Shown here: piece after piece, positions 59,523 through 64,000 of the stretch
Position numbering within the stretch: the stretch's first letter is position 1
How the letters are laid out: each line of letters opens with the position of its first letter
IMG/VR virus record: IMGVR_UViG_3300008110_000030
Location: 62,001 to 126,000 of that record
Length of the DNA: 64,000 bases
Strand: one strand, 5' to 3'
Program-made: the position numbers and the translations under genes
The notes under the pieces: generated by a model
What the model was told of the DNA's origin: nothing
What the model saw: the letters and a program-made list of their open reading frames with translations, nothing else
Database searches by the model: none

Positions 59523-60866
59523 ATGCCTTTTAAATCAGCTAAACAGAAAAAAACAATAGATGCGGCAGCACATAATCCTGCTTTTGCAAAAAAAGTAGGA
59601 ATTAAGACCGGTGATGCCAAAAAAATGTCTGCACATGGTAAGGGTCAAACTAAGTTTGAAGAAGCCAAAGATACTGTAGAAAAAGATGAAAAAGGCAACG
59701 TTAAATCATGGAAGCACGAAGGCGACTGGAAAAAAGCTGATAACAAACAAGGACGTGGAAAAGTGACTAATTTAAGCGACAAGGCTCGTAGACAAACAGC
59801 AAAGATGAGCAAGGCTGAAACTGAAATGGCTGAAGCATTTGAACAAGCATTAGAAGGTGCTGGATCTCCAACAGTTACGCATGGTCCAAACAAAGGCAAA
59901 AAATGGAGTCCAGAAACTCCAGGGCCAACAAACCCAAGTTATAAAAGTATAGACAAAGGCATCCCTAGTCCACCAGATGGTGCAACTGCTCCTCCTCCTG
60001 GTTACAAGCCTCCAAAGCCTAGCAAACGTGCAGAAGTTACACCTACAAGTGACAGTGACGACACAGCCATGACCGCAGAAAGTTCTTCTAAGAAAGTAAT
60101 GAAGAAGTTACGTGCTAAACACATGATGGAGTCAATTAAAGTGTTAGGAGAATTAATTGCAGAAGCTAAAAAATCTGCAAAAAAGAAAAGTACTAAAGTA
60201 AAAGAAGATCCTAACGAAGGTAATGCATTTGGTAAAGCAGTGCAAGATGCTAAAAAAGACGGCATACAAAAAGGTGAAAAAGTCAAAGTTGGTGGTAAAG
60301 AATATCCAGTAAAAGAAGCTGCCAATGAAAAATGCAATCATACACCAAAAGGTAAAAAGTGCCCAGTACACGGTTTGAAAGAGTGTGGTTCAATGTATGA
60401 AGGCAATGACGGTAACTTGGCCAATAATGCCAAACCATATGACAAAGTCACACGTGGTGATGTTATTGCTGGTCGTTTGGGCAAAGACGAAATGGGCGGT
60501 AAGAAAAAGAAAGATAAAAAGACTACTGAAACATTTATGCCTGTAAACAAGGAAAAGCCACAAGGACCAGTTGATAAGGCAATTGGTAATGTGACCAAGG
60601 CAGTTGGTGGTGCAATTAAAACTGTTGCAGACAAAGTAAAAGGTGCAACTGGAGACACTGACGTAAAAACAGACGAGTCATATACTGTCAATGGTAAGAA
60701 AGTGTCCAAAGCTGCCTATGATAAAGAAATGAAAAAAGCTGGCAAAGGTAAAGAAAAAGTTAAAGAAGGTTGGACACACGATACACTAGCCGCAAGATTA
60801 TTTGAAAGTGGTGACGAGTATATGGTTTCATTACATAACAGATTAAGCCAAAAAATAAAAGGTTAA
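59523..60866 (+). CDS. highly charged modular protein (probable internal head/core protein)
   Basis: TAAATA at 59500, GGAG RBS, ATG at 59523; many hydrophobic-x-E-(G/A/S) motifs. Confidence 0.65.
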   Translation: MPFKSAKQKKTIDAAAHNPAFAKKVGIKTGDAKKMSAHGKGQTKFEEAKDTVEKDEKGNVKSWKHEGDWKKADNKQGRGKVTNLSDKARRQTAKMSKAETEMAEAFEQALEGAGSPTVTHGPNKGKKWSPETPGPTNPSYKSIDKGIPSPPDGATAPPPGYKPPKPSKRAEVTPTSDSDDTAMTAESSSKKVMKKLRAKHMMESIKVLGELIAEAKKSAKKKSTKVKEDPNEGNAFGKAVQDAKKDGIQKGEKVKVGGKEYPVKEAANEKCNHTPKGKKCPVHGLKECGSMYEGNDGNLANNAKPYDKVTRGDVIAGRLGKDEMGGKKKKDKKTTETFMPVNKEKPQGPVDKAIGNVTKAVGGAIKTVADKVKGATGDTDVKTDESYTVNGKKVSKAAYDKEMKKAGKGKEKVKEGWTHDTLAARLFESGDEYMVSLHNRLSQKIKG

Positions 60867-60878
60867 TCCACTAATACT

Positions 60879-60904
60879 AACAGGGCACAAGTTGCCCTGT
60901 TCTT
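60879..60904 (+). terminator. probable terminator ending the array
   Basis: AACAGGGCA-CAAGT-TGCCCTGTT followed by CTT. Confidence 0.7.
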
Positions 60905-60915
60905 ACGACTGACTC

Positions 60916-60943
60916 TTGACTTCTTTATAAATGATAGTATAAT
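60916..60943 (+). promoter_or_regulatory. sigma70-type promoter
   Basis: TTGACT (60916-60921), 16 bp, TATAAT (60938-60943). Confidence 0.7.
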
Positions 60944-60965
60944 TGTATATTATTTAGGAGATAAC

Positions 60966-61301
60966 ATGTCTAAAGTATTTGGTGCGCCAGAACAGGCTAA
61001 ACTAAAACAACTAGTAAAAGATGGTTGGCAAGTAATGGATGAAATTAAAAGTCTACAGGAAGGATTGAACGACACAATCAAAGCCGTAGCTGAAGAACTT
61101 GATGTTAAACCAAGTGTAATTAAAAAAGCTATACGTACAGCAATGAAAGACGATTGGGAACAAACTGCTAAAGACTTCAGTGATTTAGAAGACATTGTTC
61201 ATACAACAGGTCATGCTGGTCCATGGAATCAAAACACAACAACAACACCTAAACCACAAGCGCAAGTAATAGATGATACAGACGATTCTGCACCATTCTA
61301 A
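60966..61301 (+). CDS. small DNA-binding protein (T4 DsbA/GapR-like)
   Basis: AGGAG RBS; LNDTIKAVAEELDVKPSVIKKAIR helical pattern. Confidence 0.55.
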   Translation: MSKVFGAPEQAKLKQLVKDGWQVMDEIKSLQEGLNDTIKAVAEELDVKPSVIKKAIRTAMKDDWEQTAKDFSDLEDIVHTTGHAGPWNQNTTTTPKPQAQVIDDTDDSAPF

Positions 61302-61575
61302 AAACGCCAAAGAGTGGATTAAGGCCGATTGGGATGCCAATCCTTGGCGATTAACAGCAGAAACATATAACGCATTCACAGCGTTAGCTACTGCTATCAT
61401 TTTTGCCTTTTTGGCTCCTGATGTGCCTTACGGTATAACATATCCATTATGGTTAAGCGGAACATTTTTAATGATATTCTGCGGTATAAGCCGAGGAAGT
61501 TTTGGCATGGTAGTAATGAGTGTTGTTATGACAATCATAGACACATTTGGTTACATTCGTTTTTTACTACAATAA
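61273..61575 (+). CDS. membrane protein (about 3 TM)
   Basis: Three hydrophobic segments. Confidence 0.6.
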   Translation: MIQTILHHSKNAKEWIKADWDANPWRLTAETYNAFTALATAIIFAFLAPDVPYGITYPLWLSGTFLMIFCGISRGSFGMVVMSVVMTIIDTFGYIRFLLQ

Positions 61576-61587
61576 ATATATGTAAGA

Positions 61588-61638
61588 TGGTTGATCCAGC
61601 CACAATTGGATATATTGGTTTGCAAGCCGTAAGTTGCA
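61588..61638 (+). promoter_or_regulatory. tandem RNA hairpins abutting the polymerase RBS (candidate translational operator)
   Basis: TGGTT-G-ATCCA-GCCACAAT-TGGAT and TGGTT-TGCAA-GCCGTAAG-TTGCA, immediately followed by GAGGAG. Confidence 0.55.
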
Positions 61639-61650
61639 GAGGAGAAAAAT

Positions 61651-64000
61651 ATGAGTTATGTAGATGCCTTCTGGGATAGAGAGAAGGATGTGATTCACGT
61701 AGTTGAACGTGATAACAAAGGTCAAAGACGTTTCGTTGACTATCCAGCGAAATACACATTTTACTACCCTGATAATAAAGGGAAGTTCCACAGCATATTT
61801 GGTGAATCATTATCCAAAGTCACTGCTAGAAATTTTAAAGAATTTGCAAAAGAACAAAAGATACACAGCAATCATACACTGTATGAAAGCGATATTAATC
61901 CAGTATTTCGTGTTTTAGAAGAACAATATCTAGGACAAGAACCTCCAAAATTACACGTAGCATTTTTTGACATTGAGGTGGACTTTGATCCAGAACGTGG
62001 CTACGCATCGCCAGATGATGCGTTTATGCCAATTACTGCGATTGCTGTTCACCTACAATGGTTAGATACTTTAGTATGTTTAGCTATTCCGCCAAAAACA
62101 TTAACAATGGAACAGGCAAAAGAGCAAATTAAAGAATTTCCAAATACAATACTGTTTGAAACTGAAGCAGAATTATTGGATACCTTTTTAACTTTAATTG
62201 AAGATGCTGATGTTATTACAGGCTGGAACAGTGAAGGCTTTGATATTCCTTATACTGTTAACCGTGTTACTAAAGTTCTAAGCAAAGAGGACACTAAGAG
62301 ATTCTGTCTATTTGATCAGTATCCTAAAAAACGTGAATATGAAAAGTTTGGTAGAACTTCAACTACATATGACTTTGTTGGGCGGGTGCATTTAGATAGT
62401 TTAGAAGTTTATAGAAAATACAAATATGAAGAAATGCACAGTTACAGATTGGATGTAATTGGTGAGCTAGAATTGGGTGAGAAGAAAACTCAATACGAAG
62501 GAACATTAGATCAACTGTATAATCAAGACTTTAAAACATTCATTGAATACAACAGACAAGATACGTCACTGTTAGATAAGATGGATAAGAAATTAAAGTT
62601 TTTAGATCTGGCCAATGTACTAGCACATGGTAATACTGTATTGTTGCAAACAACAATGGGTGCTGTAGCCATGACCGAACAAGCTATTATTAATGAAGCA
62701 CACCAACAAGGATTGATTGTTCCAAGTAGAGCAAGAAAATCTGAACAAGGCGACACTGCGGCAGCAGGTGCGTATGTTGCATATCCTAAAAAAGGATTGC
62801 ATGGTTGGATTGGTGCTATTGACATTAACTCACTGTACCCTAGTGCAATTCGAGCATTAAACATGGCTCCAGAAACTATTGTTGGACAATTACGTCAAAC
62901 AAAAACACAAGAGTTTATTGAAACACAAATGGCTTTACACAAAAAGTCATTTGCTGGCAGCTGGGAAGATAAATTTGGTAGCTTAGAATACGAGTCAGTT
63001 ATCAATCAAGACAAAGCAGAAGAAATTACAATTGATTGGGAAAACGGTGAAGTATCAGTACATAGTGGTGCTGAAATTTATGATATGATTTTCAACAGTC
63101 ACAAACCGTGGATCTTAAGTGCTAATGGTACAATATTCACTTATGAAAAAGAAGGCATTATTCCAGGTCTGTTAAAAAAGTGGTATGCTGAACGTAAGGA
63201 AATGCAAAAGAAATCTAAGGAAGCAGAATCTGCTGGCAACAAAATTGAAGCTGAATATTGGGACAAGCGACAATTAGTGCGTAAAATTAATCTTAACAGT
63301 TTGTATGGTGCGTTGTTAAATCCTGGTTGCAGATTCTTTGATAAGCGAATTGGACAATCAACTACACTGGTTGGCAGATGTGTTGCTAGACATATGGCAG
63401 GAAAGATCAATGAAATCATTTGCGGCACATATGATTACAAAGGTAAAAGTATTATATATGGCGACACTGACTCTTGTTATTTCTCCGCATATTCAACATT
63501 AAAAACTGACATTGATAAAGGTAACATAGCATGGAATAAAGACACTGTGGTTACTTTGTATGATCAAATTGCAGACGAAGTAAATGACAGTTTTCCACAA
63601 TTCATGCTTGACTACTTCCATGTTCCTAAGTCACGTGGAGAAGTGATTAAGGGTGGTAGAGAATTAGTTGCTATCAGCGGATTGTTTATTACCAAAAAGC
63701 GTTATGGTGTTTTAATTTATGACAAAGAAGGCAAACGTTTAGATGTAAACGACAAGCCAGGAAAAATTAAAGCAATGGGCTTGGATCTTAAACGTTCTGA
63801 TACACCTGAATATATGCAGACCTTTTTAGAAGAAATTCTAACAAACGTGCTAGAAGGAAAACAAGAAAAAGAAATTCTTGACAAGATCATTGAATTTAGA
63901 AACGAATGGAAAACCCGTCCTGGCTGGGAAAAAGGAAGTCCAAGACGAGCTAACAATATTTCTCAATATCAAGAAGAAGAACGTAAAAAAGGTAAAGCTA
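61651..64000 (+). CDS. family-B DNA polymerase (T4 gp43-like), truncated by the window end; missing from ORF track
   Basis: GAGGAG RBS, ATG at 61651; in-frame ExoI FFDIE, ExoII GWNSEGFDIPY, ExoIII YNRQD, motif A DINSLYP, motif B KINLNSLYG, motif C YGDTDS, KKRY. Confidence 0.96.
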   Translation, partial: MSYVDAFWDREKDVIHVVERDNKGQRRFVDYPAKYTFYYPDNKGKFHSIFGESLSKVTARNFKEFAKEQKIHSNHTLYESDINPVFRVLEEQYLGQEPPKLHVAFFDIEVDFDPERGYASPDDAFMPITAIAVHLQWLDTLVCLAIPPKTLTMEQAKEQIKEFPNTILFETEAELLDTFLTLIEDADVITGWNSEGFDIPYTVNRVTKVLSKEDTKRFCLFDQYPKKREYEKFGRTSTTYDFVGRVHLDSLEVYRKYKYEEMHSYRLDVIGELELGEKKTQYEGTLDQLYNQDFKTFIEYNRQDTSLLDKMDKKLKFLDLANVLAHGNTVLLQTTMGAVAMTEQAIINEAHQQGLIVPSRARKSEQGDTAAAGAYVAYPKKGLHGWIGAIDINSLYPSAIRALNMAPETIVGQLRQTKTQEFIETQMALHKKSFAGSWEDKFGSLEYESVINQDKAEEITIDWENGEVSVHSGAEIYDMIFNSHKPWILSANGTIFTYEKEGIIPGLLKKWYAERKEMQKKSKEAESAGNKIEAEYWDKRQLVRKINLNSLYGALLNPGCRFFDKRIGQSTTLVGRCVARHMAGKINEIICGTYDYKGKSIIYGDTDSCYFSAYSTLKTDIDKGNIAWNKDTVVTLYDQIADEVNDSFPQFMLDYFHVPKSRGEVIKGGRELVAISGLFITKKRYGVLIYDKEGKRLDVNDKPGKIKAMGLDLKRSDTPEYMQTFLEEILTNVLEGKQEKEILDKIIEFRNEWKTRPGWEKGSPRRANNISQYQEEERKKGKA

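Noticed and set aside
61651-64000. Apparent non-coding 2.3 kb at the right end, or an intein/intron in the polymerase
   Set aside because: It is one open frame running off the window. The extra segment between motifs A and B shows no intein or homing-endonuclease motifs.

Overview
A 64-kb, AT-rich, densely coding and almost entirely plus-strand segment of a large T4-like (probably jumbo) myophage genome. It uses the standard genetic code. IscU/IscA, two-component spanins and lipoproteins point to a Gram-negative, probably proteobacterial, host. From left to right the window holds: (1) early genes behind sigma70-type promoters (P-loop kinase, rIIA/rIIB, SPFH lipoprotein, ClpP, QueD-like, cytidylyltransferase, UvsE); (2) a mixed Fe-S locus (sufC, sufD-like, sufS-like, iscU, iscA); (3) a baseplate/tail block with proteins of about 2843, 1139 and 1413 aa; (4) a DnaE-like fragment, GroES-like, MazG-like, clamp loader and PhoH; (5) an expanded lysis/envelope cassette; (6) DnaJ, peptide deformylase and ClpA; (7) a ~10.6-kb array of genes that mostly begin with a shared M-K/R-I-x-E/D-L-L/F-(x)-E leader; (8) the 5' part of a family-B DNA polymerase that the ORF track missed. 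Best candidates for undescribed biology: (a) the leader-tagged array, which resembles T4 capsid-targeting sequences but sits on enzymes (two Pol-beta-like nucleotidyltransferases, an RNA-ligase-like/HIGH-NTase fusion, a zincin and a second GH19 muramidase), suggesting a head-packaged, co-injected enzyme kit; (b) an intact SUF-like trio in which SufS has Asn at its catalytic Cys position and SufC has Asp at its Walker-B Glu, next to canonical IscU/IscA; (c) candidate cis-regulatory RNAs, namely tandem 5-bp-stem/8-nt-loop hairpins before the polymerase RBS and a pseudoknot before queD; (d) promoter boxes that recur in the loops of inverted repeats. All family calls come from motifs read by eye; no database searches were run.
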